Part shown: piece after piece, positions 47,518 to 57,329 of the stretch
Numbering within the stretch: position 1 is the first letter of the stretch
Layout: each line of letters opens with the position of its first letter
Position numbers and translations under genes: made by a program
Notes under the pieces: generated by a model
Told to the model about the DNA's origin: nothing
What the model saw: the letters and a program-made list of their open reading frames with translations, nothing else
Databases searched by the model: none
Source: an uncultured Desulfurococcales archaeon
GTDB taxonomy: Archaea; Thermoproteota; Thermoprotei_A; EX4484-217-1
Length of the DNA: 64,000 nucleotides
Reading direction: 5' to 3'
NCBI GenBank assembly: GCA_964564025.1
Contig: CAZLZO010000001.1
Coordinates: forward strand, 16,348-80,347

Positions 47518-48861
47518 TTACTCACCATAACCATATCTTAACCTCATACTTCCACTTATTATTTGGAGAAGCGTTTTAAGCATTGAGAGATTGTTTCCAG
47601 CAGATTTTAAAGCAGCAACTTCCATATATGCTATAATCGACTTCCTATGTTCACTACTTATTCTAACGTGCTCATCAACTTCCATAAGCCCCATAGGGGG
47701 TCTTCCTGTGAGAGGACTTTTAATGTTAAATATTTTTAAAATACCTTCCTCAACTTTAGAGTTTACCTTTAAAACGTTTTCAGGGAATGTTCTCAAAACT
47801 CTTTTACTTTTCTCTTTAACATAATATATTGTTGGCTTCTCTGAGTATACATCCAATACCATAACATGGTTTCCATCCATTGTTAAAGGAAATCTAAGCA
47901 CCCAAACATTGTTTTGAGGAAATACCTTAAGACTAAACATTTTAACAATGCTTTCAATAACTTCCCTGGGTATTTTATCTTTAGACTCGGCTTCTTCAAA
48001 CATCATTTTCAACATGTTCAGCTCTTTATCATCAATTACCGTGTAAAGTTCATATTTACCTTCTTTAAGGAATTTCCCGAAAAGATCCATTGCCCTAGAG
48101 ACTGTAGGGAATGCTGTAGTTTTCGATATGCCATAGACTCCTTCAAGACATTCCCTGATGACATTTGATTTATTAAGTCTCGTAAGAATAGATAAAATGT
48201 CTATTCCATCTATTTTGTAACTTTCCCTAGCTTTTTTAGGTCTAAGCCATCTAACAAGAGTGCCATCAATAACTACTTTATCTAATTTTGCCTCCTTTAA
48301 TATTTTAAGTCCATAAGCTAATTCTAAAAGACTTTCAATGTATTTTGAAAGCTTACGGTATAATCGGGGCTTCTTAATTTCTACTGTTAAACCTAAAGTT
48401 TCAAGAATTCCCGTTATTTCCTTAGAAATTTTCTCCGCATCTTTAGGTGATTCGAAGAGGAGTGATTTTTTCTCGGGACACCTAATTTCCACTTCAAAAA
48501 AGTACTTCATGGATCCATTAATCATTTTTCTTCTCTTAGTTACAGTTAAAATGACTCTTTCTATAGGTGGATATTGTTTTAAACCTTCAATATTGCTTAT
48601 TAAGCTAAGCTCTCCTGTAGGCTCACGAATTAAGGCTCCAAGCTGAATGTACATGAGCGCTGCAATTGATAAATCTAAAGGATATATTCCAGCATCTACG
48701 AAACCTATTCTTGATGGAAAAGTTTTTTCAAGAACCTTTACCTTGTAGTATTTTTCAAAAGACTTCCTTATGAGAATGGTTATTGGGTCTTCAGATACTT
48801 CGCTTATTTGCTTAGAGATTCTACTTAGCAAATCACCTAAACTATCAATTAATGAGCTCAT
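47518..48861 (-). CDS. nurA: NurA-like 5'-3' nuclease
   Basis: 447 aa. 'RIGFVDAGIYP' and 'KVVIDGTLVRW' resemble the two Asp-containing RNase-H-like NurA motifs. Location between mre11 and herA. Call rests on motifs plus context. Confidence 0.5.
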   Translation of the reverse strand: MSSLIDSLGDLLSRISKQISEVSEDPITILIRKSFEKYYKVKVLEKTFPSRIGFVDAGIYPLDLSIAALMYIQLGALIREPTGELSLISNIEGLKQYPPIERVILTVTKRRKMINGSMKYFFEVEIRCPEKKSLLFESPKDAEKISKEITGILETLGLTVEIKKPRLYRKLSKYIESLLELAYGLKILKEAKLDKVVIDGTLVRWLRPKKARESYKIDGIDILSILTRLNKSNVIRECLEGVYGISKTTAFPTVSRAMDLFGKFLKEGKYELYTVIDDKELNMLKMMFEEAESKDKIPREVIESIVKMFSLKVFPQNNVWVLRFPLTMDGNHVMVLDVYSEKPTIYYVKEKSKRVLRTFPENVLKVNSKVEEGILKIFNIKSPLTGRPPMGLMEVDEHVRISSEHRKSIIAYMEVAALKSAGNNLSMLKTLLQIISGSMRLRYGYGE

Positions 48862-50123
48862 TTCTTAAGCTCCCCATATACTTGCTCTAAAATTTTAAAA
48901 GCCTCGTCAGCTACTTCCTCGTTAATTTCCGTTTTCCTCATGCCTTCGCTATATTCTCTACCTAATGTTGAAATTAAGTTCAAAATTATTTCTGGTGAAA
49001 GCTTTAATCCGAATTTCTTAAGTGCTTGCTCAATGGCTTCCTTCTCTAACTCTTCAATATTTGATAGGTCGGACCTAAATTCCTCGAGAAATGTTATGTA
49101 TTCTTCTGCAGGTTCGCTTCTAACGATATGTACCCAAGCATTCAAGCTTCTAGCAACATCATTGATCATTTTTCTTACTCTACTATATTTTTCAATGCTA
49201 ATTTTACCTGTGTAAACTATTATGCAACGGTATTTTTCATTCATATCTCTTATTTTCCTTTTAACTTCGTCAACTACATTTTCTAAACCATAGGTTTCTA
49301 CTACTTCTACATCTATCCCAAAATTATTTGTTAAGGCCTTTATTGAGGCAGCATTTCTTCTTAAATTCACTAGTAATACTCTTCTATTGGTTCTTAGCTT
49401 CTTCTTTAAAATATAAGTCTCATATATGTCATTAGCGTCTCTTCCTATAGGCGATCCTGGGTAAGCTACGTTGCCTTCAAAAAATTCGCTATAGGGTATT
49501 GGGAAGTGTATGTGTCCTAATGCTAAATATTTGAAGTGTTTATGAATTGAAGCATAGGCTTCTTCAGAAAGTTTAATCATACTATATTTTGGGCTTATTT
49601 TTGAAATATCTATGCCTGAATAAATGTAAAGGCCTGTATGTGCTATGAGAATATTGTCCTTGTTTTCATCGTAATCTTCATAAACCACTTTGCGGCGCTC
49701 AAGATATTCTACTTCTCTCTCCCCTCTCAAACCAGGTAATCCGTAGAAAACTACTCCATCGACTTCTAAGGGTTTTAAATAAAGTTTATAGTTTTTCTCC
49801 TCATGTTTTGTTAAATGTACTAAACCTACTTCCCCTAAGATAGAGAGAACACCATGCCCCCTAGCTGTTAAGTCATGAGAACCAGGAGTAACTATGAATC
49901 TTAGCCCTTCTCGAACTCCTTTCTTAATTATTCTAACAACGTTTAATGTTGTTTCATGCCCTAATCTAGGTGTTTCAAATAAATCGCCAGCTACAATAAC
50001 GTTCTTTACGTTTTCTGAAAGTGCTAATTCAACTATTTTCTCTAACGACTCCAAATTAGCTTTTCTAAGTACTGTGTGTGGAAATGCGCCAATATGAATA
50101 TCAGCTGTGTGAATAAAGTTCAA
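48858..50123 (-). CDS. mre11: DNA double-strand break repair nuclease Mre11
   Basis: 421 aa. Calcineurin-like phosphoesterase motifs 'HTADIHIG', 'VAGDLFE', 'TPGSHD', 'LGHIHFP'. 4-bp overlap with nurA-like. Confidence 0.8.
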   Translation of the reverse strand: MNFIHTADIHIGAFPHTVLRKANLESLEKIVELALSENVKNVIVAGDLFETPRLGHETTLNVVRIIKKGVREGLRFIVTPGSHDLTARGHGVLSILGEVGLVHLTKHEEKNYKLYLKPLEVDGVVFYGLPGLRGEREVEYLERRKVVYEDYDENKDNILIAHTGLYIYSGIDISKISPKYSMIKLSEEAYASIHKHFKYLALGHIHFPIPYSEFFEGNVAYPGSPIGRDANDIYETYILKKKLRTNRRVLLVNLRRNAASIKALTNNFGIDVEVVETYGLENVVDEVKRKIRDMNEKYRCIIVYTGKISIEKYSRVRKMINDVARSLNAWVHIVRSEPAEEYITFLEEFRSDLSNIEELEKEAIEQALKKFGLKLSPEIILNLISTLGREYSEGMRKTEINEEVADEAFKILEQVYGELKK

Positions 50124-50180
50124 GCGTTAAGCACACCTCTAGCTAATCGTTTACCTACATGTTGTTTTTCTAACTTTCCC

Positions 50181-50786
50181 CTACTTAACTAAACCTTGCT
50201 TTCTAAGCTTCTCTAAATCTTCAGGAGTATCTATATCTATGTATATTTCAGGAGAATTTACTGGAACTTCAACTATTCTATCGCTATACTTTTTAACAAC
50301 AAACTTTAGCCCATATGTTTCTTCAGAAATACTCATTAAATCATAATATAGTTTCATGTTGAAAAGTATTGGATGGCCTCTTCTACCCTTATATGATGGA
50401 ACAACTATTTCCGGCTTAGCTTCAATAAACATCTCTATGACCTTATTTATAGTTTCATGCGTTATGAGAAGATTGTCTGCAGGAAGTATCGCTATGCCCT
50501 CAGCATTAACAACCTTAGCTGCTAAAACAGCTGCTTTAACAGAAGAGCTCATTCCTTCCTCATAGTTAACGTTGTAAACAAATGTTATAGGTAAGCCGCT
50601 TAATTCATCAATTATTTTTTCAGCTTCAAAACCTACAATAACAAAAATTTTTTCCGCTTTAGATTTCAAAGCTTCTTCAGTAACCTTTCGTATAATTGTT
50701 TTATCATTTATTTTTTCAAGTAACTTATTTCTACCATATCTCTCAGATTTTCCTGCAGCAAGTATAGCTAATGCAATCATTTTCAA
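50181..50786 (-). CDS. MobA-like NTP transferase (molybdenum cofactor guanylyl/cytidylyl-transferase family)
   Basis: 201 aa. 'ILAAGKSERYGRNKLL' nucleotide-binding N-terminus. Confidence 0.6.
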   Translation of the reverse strand: MKMIALAILAAGKSERYGRNKLLEKINDKTIIRKVTEEALKSKAEKIFVIVGFEAEKIIDELSGLPITFVYNVNYEEGMSSSVKAAVLAAKVVNAEGIAILPADNLLITHETINKVIEMFIEAKPEIVVPSYKGRRGHPILFNMKLYYDLMSISEETYGLKFVVKKYSDRIVEVPVNSPEIYIDIDTPEDLEKLRKQGLVK

Positions 50787-50789
50787 ACA

Positions 50790-51614
50790 TCACACTATTG
50801 ATAAGTGTTTTCCTGAAGCCCCTCTCTCTATTTTAAGTATTTCAGCTAGAACACTTACAGCTATTTCTTCAGGTGTTTTCGCTCCAATATCGATACCTAC
50901 TGGGGCATAAACTCTTCCTTTAAGCTTTTCTAAACTGTATCCTTCTTCTTGGAGCTTTTGAAGATACGTTCTTATCTTACTTCTTGAACCTAAAACACCT
51001 ATGTACTTAGCTTGCGAATTTAATGCCTTCTTTAAAGCCACGTAGTCGTGGTTTATTTCCCCATGCACTATTAACACATAGTCTCCACTACCTATATTGG
51101 CTTCATCTATTGCTTTACCCCATTCATTTACAATTATTTTTTCAACATTAGGGAATTTTTCGGGTAAAGCATGCTTAGGATTATCGTCTATGACCCATAC
51201 GCGATAGCCTAAAAGAGCTGCTAAATTAGCTAAAGGTTTTCCAACATGTCCCACACCTAAAACTAAAATTCTAGGCCTAGGCTTGATAACATCTATAAAA
51301 ACGGTCAAAACACCGCCACATATGAGCCCAGTTTTGTAAGCACCTAAAGGTACGTTATCTTCTCTAAAAGCAAGCTTTACAGTTTTAGGTTTTCCCTCAT
51401 TAAGGGCCTTGATGGCCTCTTTAATAACCATTCTTTCAAAAGGACCACCACCTATTGTTCCAATAGTTTTACCATCAGGAAACACTAACATTTTAGTTCC
51501 AGGGCCTCTAGGTCCGGAACCTTCTTTTTCAACAATTATGCATAGTGCTACAGGTTCCTCTTTATCTACAGCTTCCTTTAAAGCACTAATTACTGCCTTA
51601 TCGGATGCGTTCAT
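50790..51614 (-). CDS. XdhC/CoxI family molybdoenzyme maturation protein
   Basis: 274 aa. N-terminal XdhC_CoxI region 'ALCIIVEKEGSGPRGPGTKMLV', C-terminal Rossmann 'ILVLGVGHVGKPLANLAALLGYRVWVIDD'. Confidence 0.7.
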   Translation of the reverse strand: MNASDKAVISALKEAVDKEEPVALCIIVEKEGSGPRGPGTKMLVFPDGKTIGTIGGGPFERMVIKEAIKALNEGKPKTVKLAFREDNVPLGAYKTGLICGGVLTVFIDVIKPRPRILVLGVGHVGKPLANLAALLGYRVWVIDDNPKHALPEKFPNVEKIIVNEWGKAIDEANIGSGDYVLIVHGEINHDYVALKKALNSQAKYIGVLGSRSKIRTYLQKLQEEGYSLEKLKGRVYAPVGIDIGAKTPEEIAVSVLAEILKIERGASGKHLSIV

Positions 51615-51691
51615 GATCTAATCCTCTACGTCAACTAAAAGCGCTTCCCGTATTAATGTATAAGTAAACAACTTTGTTTACATATCTATTG

Positions 51692-52423
51692 TTAGCCTTC
51701 CTCCCTAAGTATTTTAAGCGCTTCAAGAACTATTTGAAACATTTGCTGCCGTTTTTCATCAACTATTTTCTCAAAATACCCTAAACCTTGTTTCGTGTGT
51801 ATTTCAGCAGCATAGTTTGTAATTAGAGTTACTGTTGCATAACATAAGTTAAGTTCTTTAGCCAATGCCGCTTCAGGCATAGTCGTCATATTGACAATAT
51901 CTGCTCCAAGCATTCGTAAAGAAGCTGCTTCAGCAGGTGTCATGAGACGTGGACCTTCAATTACGGCGATTACTGCTTCTGAAAGAAAGTATTTTAGAAC
52001 TCTTTCTGAAGATTTTTCAAGAACTTTAACTAATTTTCCACAAAATGGTTCTGAAAAATCTATGTGGACAGGCTTATCCTCAAAGAACGTAATTTCCCTA
52101 TTCTTGGTAAAATCTATAATATCGGTCGGGATAATAATCATTCCAGGTTTTAAAATTTTCCTTAGGGAATATGCTTGGTCTATTGCTATAATGTATTCAG
52201 CACCCCTACTTTTCATAAGCCAAATATTTCCTCTATAATTTACCTTATGCGGTTGTTGGATACTTTCTTTACCATGTCTAGGTATGAAAATTACTTTTAA
52301 CCCTTCAATTTCAGTTTCCATAAACTCAACCTTTCCATAAACAGTTTCTGTAGTTAACCATGACTCATTAGGTAATAGTCTTTCAAAACCGGCTCCAGCT
52401 ATGATACCTACAGTTTTAGTCAT
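51692..52423 (-). CDS. 5'-methylthioadenosine/purine nucleoside phosphorylase (PNP family 2)
   Basis: 243 aa. 'VGIIAGAGF', 'IPRHGKESIQQPHKVNYRGNIW', 'GPRLMTPAEA'. Confidence 0.7.
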   Translation of the reverse strand: MTKTVGIIAGAGFERLLPNESWLTTETVYGKVEFMETEIEGLKVIFIPRHGKESIQQPHKVNYRGNIWLMKSRGAEYIIAIDQAYSLRKILKPGMIIIPTDIIDFTKNREITFFEDKPVHIDFSEPFCGKLVKVLEKSSERVLKYFLSEAVIAVIEGPRLMTPAEAASLRMLGADIVNMTTMPEAALAKELNLCYATVTLITNYAAEIHTKQGLGYFEKIVDEKRQQMFQIVLEALKILREEG

Positions 52424-52517
52424 ACTCCTTCCTCATAATAACGGTGAAGTTACTTATGTGAAATATGTTTTTACTTGTTAAAATAGATAGTTATCAAAGA
52501 TAAGGTGGATGAAGTAA

Positions 52518-53390
52518 ATGAGGCTAGCATTAAACATAGTAACAGACATTACGTTAGATTACGCTATTAAAGTGTCTGAAGAAGCTGTAAGATTCGGTGC
52601 AGAATCAATATGGATAGGTGAAACACGGAATTTACCGCATCCCTTCACATACTTGCTACCCATATCTGAAAGAGTCAAGGTAACTTTAGGAACAAGTATT
52701 ATTTCTGCATACCTAAACGACCCTGCTAGCGTCATTGAATTTTCAAGGAAACTTTTAAGGAACAATATTCCCGCGTTCATAGTAGGTGTTGGTTTAGGCG
52801 ATATAGACTATTTAAAGGTAAAAGGTGTTGAACCGAAGAATCCATTAGACTTTATGAGGAAATATGTTTCTAAGCTACTTGAGTGTCTTCCTGAGAAAGC
52901 ATCAGTTATCGTAGGAACTGCAGGCAGAAGAATGGCTAATTTATCATGCAAAATTACCGGCGCTGTTTTATTAAACTTTGTTCATCCAGACTATATTAAG
53001 TGGGTTAAAAGAGGCATTGAGGTTAAATGTGAGATAAATGTTATTGGACCAGCTCTTCTTAAAACATTTGACAGTAGATTAATTAGGGCTTTACGAATAG
53101 CTTCTGCAATAGTCTTGAAGGGCATGAATGAGAAGTTTCTTAGGAACTTCGGTTTCGAAAGCCTTGCTGAAGATATTAAAAAGATTCTTAGCAGTGGAGA
53201 CTATTGGAAGCTAAGAAGGTACGATAATGTTCTTTTAGATAAATTTGCAATTTACGGTGACATAGTAGATTTTGAAACGAGAATAGAGGAGCTTTCCAAA
53301 TTAACCGTTAATCGCCTAATTCTTGGCCCACCAATTTATAGGGATAGGAATCTTATTGAAAAAGTATTCTCTAAGCTAAGAAAGTATTAA
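52518..53390 (+). CDS. LLM-class (luciferase-like) flavin/F420-dependent oxidoreductase
   Basis: 290 aa. TIM-barrel LLM pattern at N-terminus ('FGAESIWIGE'). Confidence 0.55.
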   Translation: MRLALNIVTDITLDYAIKVSEEAVRFGAESIWIGETRNLPHPFTYLLPISERVKVTLGTSIISAYLNDPASVIEFSRKLLRNNIPAFIVGVGLGDIDYLKVKGVEPKNPLDFMRKYVSKLLECLPEKASVIVGTAGRRMANLSCKITGAVLLNFVHPDYIKWVKRGIEVKCEINVIGPALLKTFDSRLIRALRIASAIVLKGMNEKFLRNFGFESLAEDIKKILSSGDYWKLRRYDNVLLDKFAIYGDIVDFETRIEELSKLTVNRLILGPPIYRDRNLIEKVFSKLRKY

Positions 53391-54045
53391 CTACTTCAAT
53401 AATGATTTCCGGGGCTTTCGAACCAAAAAACCTCAGATTTCTTTTAAGCTCAATACCTAAAGCCTCTGTTTTCGGAGGCTTCCCGAAATACTTAATTAAA
53501 GCACCACCCTTGAATGGCTTATCTACACTAACCCTCAACCCTCTTTTTCGAAGTTTCTCTACAATTTTCTCTAAAACATTCCTACTTACTGAAGAATACC
53601 CGTTAGTTGATAAGCAAACATCAGGCCATACGCTAATATTCTTCATTCCATGAACATCTATTATATATTTAATCTCCCCTTCATTAACAAGTTGCTCAAT
53701 TCTCCTCCATAATGGCGTTTTCCTACCATACTCCTTATTTAAATTGTAATAAGGAATGTTTAAGCCATCAACATGGTCAACCTTACTTATCGTTGGAAGT
53801 ACTGCCCAACTATTTGTTGCAATAGCTGCCTTAAACGCTATTTCCCACGTTAAAAAATCAACTGCTGATCTTGAAGGTATAAGTTCTGAGAAAGCATATT
53901 CTAAACCAAGCTCTTTAATTTTACCCACAATATCCTTAAACCTGTCCGTACCGAAACCGTGAAGAGCAGTTATTAATACAGGTTTCTTACCTGAAACTTC
54001 AACATACCCTTCAATTACGTTCAGATTCACTAAATAACCCTCCAA
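53371..54045 (-). CDS. hypothetical protein, possible amidohydrolase (N-formylglutamate amidohydrolase/creatininase-like)
   Basis: 224 aa. 'VLITALHGFGTDR' and 'IDVHGM' His-containing motifs. Weak assignment. Confidence 0.3.
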   Translation of the reverse strand: MEGYLVNLNVIEGYVEVSGKKPVLITALHGFGTDRFKDIVGKIKELGLEYAFSELIPSRSAVDFLTWEIAFKAAIATNSWAVLPTISKVDHVDGLNIPYYNLNKEYGRKTPLWRRIEQLVNEGEIKYIIDVHGMKNISVWPDVCLSTNGYSSVSRNVLEKIVEKLRKRGLRVSVDKPFKGGALIKYFGKPPKTEALGIELKRNLRFFGSKAPEIIIEVVNTFLA

Positions 54046-54133
54046 TAGCCTCAGAGACTAAGTTAGTATATTTAAGTTATTCCAAACATTTTTGAGAAAC
54101 AAAGTAGTATAGTAGTATGATGTAGGGAAAGCC

Positions 54134-54274
54134 ATGAGGAAGAGAAAAGTAAAGGTTACTTTAAGTGAAGATATTCTTAAGCTTATAGTTGAAGGTAAAG
54201 TGAAGTTAGTTAAAGATGTGAAAATAAAGTATGGTAAATATAAAATTATTAAAAGATATGTTCCTAAGAAGTGA
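54134..54274 (+). CDS. small basic ORF (46 aa), not in the ORF track
   Basis: MRKRKVKVTLSEDILKLIVEGKVKLVKDVKIKYGKYKIIKRYVPKK. Ends 7 nt before the ATG at 54282 of the next gene. Confidence 0.2.
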   Translation: MRKRKVKVTLSEDILKLIVEGKVKLVKDVKIKYGKYKIIKRYVPKK

Positions 54275-54281
54275 AAATACA

Positions 54282-54698
54282 ATGGCTGTTAGAGTTAAAT
54301 TGAGAATTTCTAGAAGAAGTAAGAACATATCAGAGACACTTATAGTACTGGTCAACGGCAGTGCGGAAAGCGAGGAACCAGTAATAGCCGTTACGCCGGA
54401 CACAGCCTTAAAACTTGGCTTCTCACTTAACGACTTCGAATTAGTTGAAGTAGAGTTAGCTTCAGGCAAAACATATAATCTTATTTCGAAGGAAAAGGTC
54501 GTATTAGAGCTATTAGATGAAAAAGGACGTGTTCTCTCAACAACATACGCATACTTAACTGTAGATGATAACCTCACAGAACCATTAATAACCGATGCTG
54601 CAATTGATGAGTTAGGGATACAAGTCATTAGTTTTAAAAAAGGTTTATGGAGGCATCTTAACGACCCTACAAATGTAGTTAGAAAAAGCGCTAAATAA
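54282..54698 (+). CDS. hypothetical protein
   Basis: 138 aa from the internal Met 'MAVRVKL' of ORF-track entry 54231..54698; the earlier start would overlap the small basic ORF. No motif recognised. Confidence 0.35.
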   Translation: MAVRVKLRISRRSKNISETLIVLVNGSAESEEPVIAVTPDTALKLGFSLNDFELVEVELASGKTYNLISKEKVVLELLDEKGRVLSTTYAYLTVDDNLTEPLITDAAIDELGIQVISFKKGLWRHLNDPTNVVRKSAK

Positions 54699-54732
54699 TA
54701 TTATTTTAAAAACTCATGGAGTTTAGTTATTC

Positions 54733-55524
54733 ATGAGTGTACAAAGAATTTTATGCATAGGGGAACTTATGGTTGGCTTAAGAAAACTGGAAAAGGGCTT
54801 CTTAACTGAAGGTTCAGAATTCAAATTAATAGTTGAAGGATTGCCCGCTAAGGTTGCTTTAGAACTAGCTTCAATGGGTTTTAAAGTTGATTTAGCTGGA
54901 GCCGTAGGCGACGACGCTTTAGGTAAATCCCTAATTACATTCTTAAAGAACAATGGAGTTAATATTGATAATATCGTAGTTAAAAGAGGTTTAAGAACAA
55001 CAGTTGTAGTACTGATTAACGACATTTTAAAAATATACTTTAGGAAACCCTATGCTACTACAGCAGACACAGAGTTTTCGCTAAACGATATTAGTTTAAG
55101 TAGGTTATCGAATATTAACTTACTTTACACATCAGCTTATGCTTTAATGGAGAAACCACTAGGTCATACGGTATTTTACATTGTGAAGCATTTATGGAAA
55201 AACAATGTTAAAATAGTTTTACACATAAATTTCCACACCTATGAAGATAAATTTCTAAGCCTTAGAGAACTAAGAGGTATTTTAAAGTACTCTTCAAATA
55301 TAATTTTAAGTTATCGAGAACTCGATAGATTACTTAAAACATCCAAAGTTAAAACAGCTGCACAAACAATATTTAGAAAGTTTCCTGCAGTTGAAAACGT
55401 AGCTATCACAGCACAAGGAAGAATGTATGTTCACATAAGGGGTGTAGGTGAAAAAGTTTTTAATATAAGGGAAGCTGATGAGTCAAAATTTGCCGCATTA
55501 TTTATTAAAAACATAATTACTTAG
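54733..55524 (+). CDS. PfkB-like (ribokinase superfamily) protein, divergent/short
   Basis: 263 aa. N-terminal 'GGLPAKVALELASMGFKVDLAGAVGDDALG' matches the PfkB sugar-binding region. The C-terminal 'DTxGAGD' ATP motif is not evident. Confidence 0.45.
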   Translation: MSVQRILCIGELMVGLRKLEKGFLTEGSEFKLIVEGLPAKVALELASMGFKVDLAGAVGDDALGKSLITFLKNNGVNIDNIVVKRGLRTTVVVLINDILKIYFRKPYATTADTEFSLNDISLSRLSNINLLYTSAYALMEKPLGHTVFYIVKHLWKNNVKIVLHINFHTYEDKFLSLRELRGILKYSSNIILSYRELDRLLKTSKVKTAAQTIFRKFPAVENVAITAQGRMYVHIRGVGEKVFNIREADESKFAALFIKNIIT

Positions 55525-55567
55525 AAATAATCTTAAATTAAAATGCGAACCATAAATGTGATGAGCG

Positions 55568-56371
55568 ATGGATAAAGCAGCTCTTTACGGGAAATTAAAT
55601 GTAGCTAAAGTAGTTATTGATGGTGAGAGTGTTTCTGTAAATATATTTAGCGATGTTCTTGTTAAAGAGTATCCATTAGTAATTAAAATTAACGGTGTTG
55701 AAATTAGGAGGTACATTGTTTCTGAAACTATGTTAAAAGAATTTATTATAGGAAACCTCTTTTCGCTAGGTATAGTTAATAATTTATCAGAAATTAAGTC
55801 TGTTTCATTTAAGGGAAACGAAGTTGACATAAAGCTTGACCCTAAAGCTTTAAGAAGAATTCCTATCTTAACCATAACGCCATCATGTGGTGAGCAAGTA
55901 CTACCAGAAATCAGTGGTGATAAATTAGCGATTAACACTAAAATTAGAGCGGAAAACGTTTTAGAAGCAATTAAGCAAATGTTCACTTCCTCAGACGTTT
56001 TCAAAGAGACTGGTGGAACACATGTTTCCTCACTTTTCGACATAGATACTTCAAGAACTCTCATAGTAGTTGAAGACCTAGGTAGACATAATGCTGCAGA
56101 TAAAGTATTGGGTTGGGGTATTTTAAGAGGAGTATCCTTTGAAAAAGTGGCTATAGTTACTTCGGGTAGGGTTTTCAGCGATTTAGTAGTGAAAGCTTTT
56201 AGAATAGGGACTCCCATAATAATTTCTAAATCTGCCCCATCATATGATGCTGCTTTGAGTGCAAGAAAATACGGAATAACATTGATAGGATTTGCTAGAG
56301 GAAATAGGTTTAACGTTTATTCTGAACCCGGAAGAATAGTGGAACTAGAAAACATAGTTTTGGAAGATTAA
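55568..56371 (+). CDS. fdhD: formate dehydrogenase accessory sulfurtransferase FdhD
   Basis: 267 aa. 'TPSCGEQ' active Cys, 'GGTHVSSLF', 'DLGRHNAADKVLGW'. Confidence 0.75.
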   Translation: MDKAALYGKLNVAKVVIDGESVSVNIFSDVLVKEYPLVIKINGVEIRRYIVSETMLKEFIIGNLFSLGIVNNLSEIKSVSFKGNEVDIKLDPKALRRIPILTITPSCGEQVLPEISGDKLAINTKIRAENVLEAIKQMFTSSDVFKETGGTHVSSLFDIDTSRTLIVVEDLGRHNAADKVLGWGILRGVSFEKVAIVTSGRVFSDLVVKAFRIGTPIIISKSAPSYDAALSARKYGITLIGFARGNRFNVYSEPGRIVELENIVLED

Positions 56372-56372
56372 A

Positions 56373-57251
56373 ATGCTTTATCAACTTATAAGAGACGAAA
56401 TCCTAAGAACATATGAAGCAGCAAAGAAAACATATGAGAACATAAAGTTTTCCCTCGAAGAGGCATACGTTGTAGGCTCAGGGGATTCGTATGCAGCAGC
56501 ACTAATTATTCAAGGAGTTACTAACAATAAATTCATAGCATTGGATCCTTATGAAGCACAGTTCAGTATTAAACCACATAAGGTGTACGTTGTCGTTTCA
56601 GTTTCAGGTAAAACAAGAGAGAATATAGAGTTAGCAATTAAAGTTAGAGAAAGCGGAGGTAAGGTAATCGCTATCACAGCTAATCCTAAATCTAAATTAG
56701 CTCAAAAAGCTAGCGAAATAATTCCCATAGACTACTCTCCACCAAACCTTCCAATACCTGGAACTCTCTCATTCACATTGTCCTTAATAGCTCTCTACGC
56801 GTTAGCTAATTTAGACGTTAATTTTGAAAAGCTTAAGAATCCAGAGCTTAAGGCTTTGAAGGGATTGGAGCCAATATTCATAGGTACATTAGGAGGCTAT
56901 GGTGTTGCATACTATTCAGCTTTAAAATTCTATGAAGTTTTTGGCTCCAAAGCCAGATTCGAAAGAACAGAGCAATTTTGTCATGCTACAATATTTAGTG
57001 TGAGAGAAAATGATCAAGTAATATTTTATCCCTCAGATAATGATAGAAGAGCGAGAGAAGTTGCTGAAGCTATTAGTGAAAAATACAACTTAGTCATATA
57101 CGATAGATGTGAAAAACATATGAAACACCTATGTCAAATAGTTGATTTCCAAACGAGTTTAGCCGAATACATTAAGGAGTTAGGATTAGAAAAACCCTAT
57201 TTCACTATAGCAAAAGGTGTTTTAGATGTAAGCAGTAACCTCATATACTAA
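56373..57251 (+). CDS. SIS (sugar isomerase) domain protein
   Basis: 292 aa. 'VVGSGDSYAAALI' and 'VVVSVSGKTRENIELA' SIS motifs. 1 bp after fdhD. Confidence 0.5.
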   Translation: MLYQLIRDEILRTYEAAKKTYENIKFSLEEAYVVGSGDSYAAALIIQGVTNNKFIALDPYEAQFSIKPHKVYVVVSVSGKTRENIELAIKVRESGGKVIAITANPKSKLAQKASEIIPIDYSPPNLPIPGTLSFTLSLIALYALANLDVNFEKLKNPELKALKGLEPIFIGTLGGYGVAYYSALKFYEVFGSKARFERTEQFCHATIFSVRENDQVIFYPSDNDRRAREVAEAISEKYNLVIYDRCEKHMKHLCQIVDFQTSLAEYIKELGLEKPYFTIAKGVLDVSSNLIY

Positions 57252-57329
57252 CTTCACTTGCACTAATGGGCTAAGACCCCTTTTAATTTCCCTTATTAAA
57301 TTACAAATAGTTAAGGCCTAACAACATTC

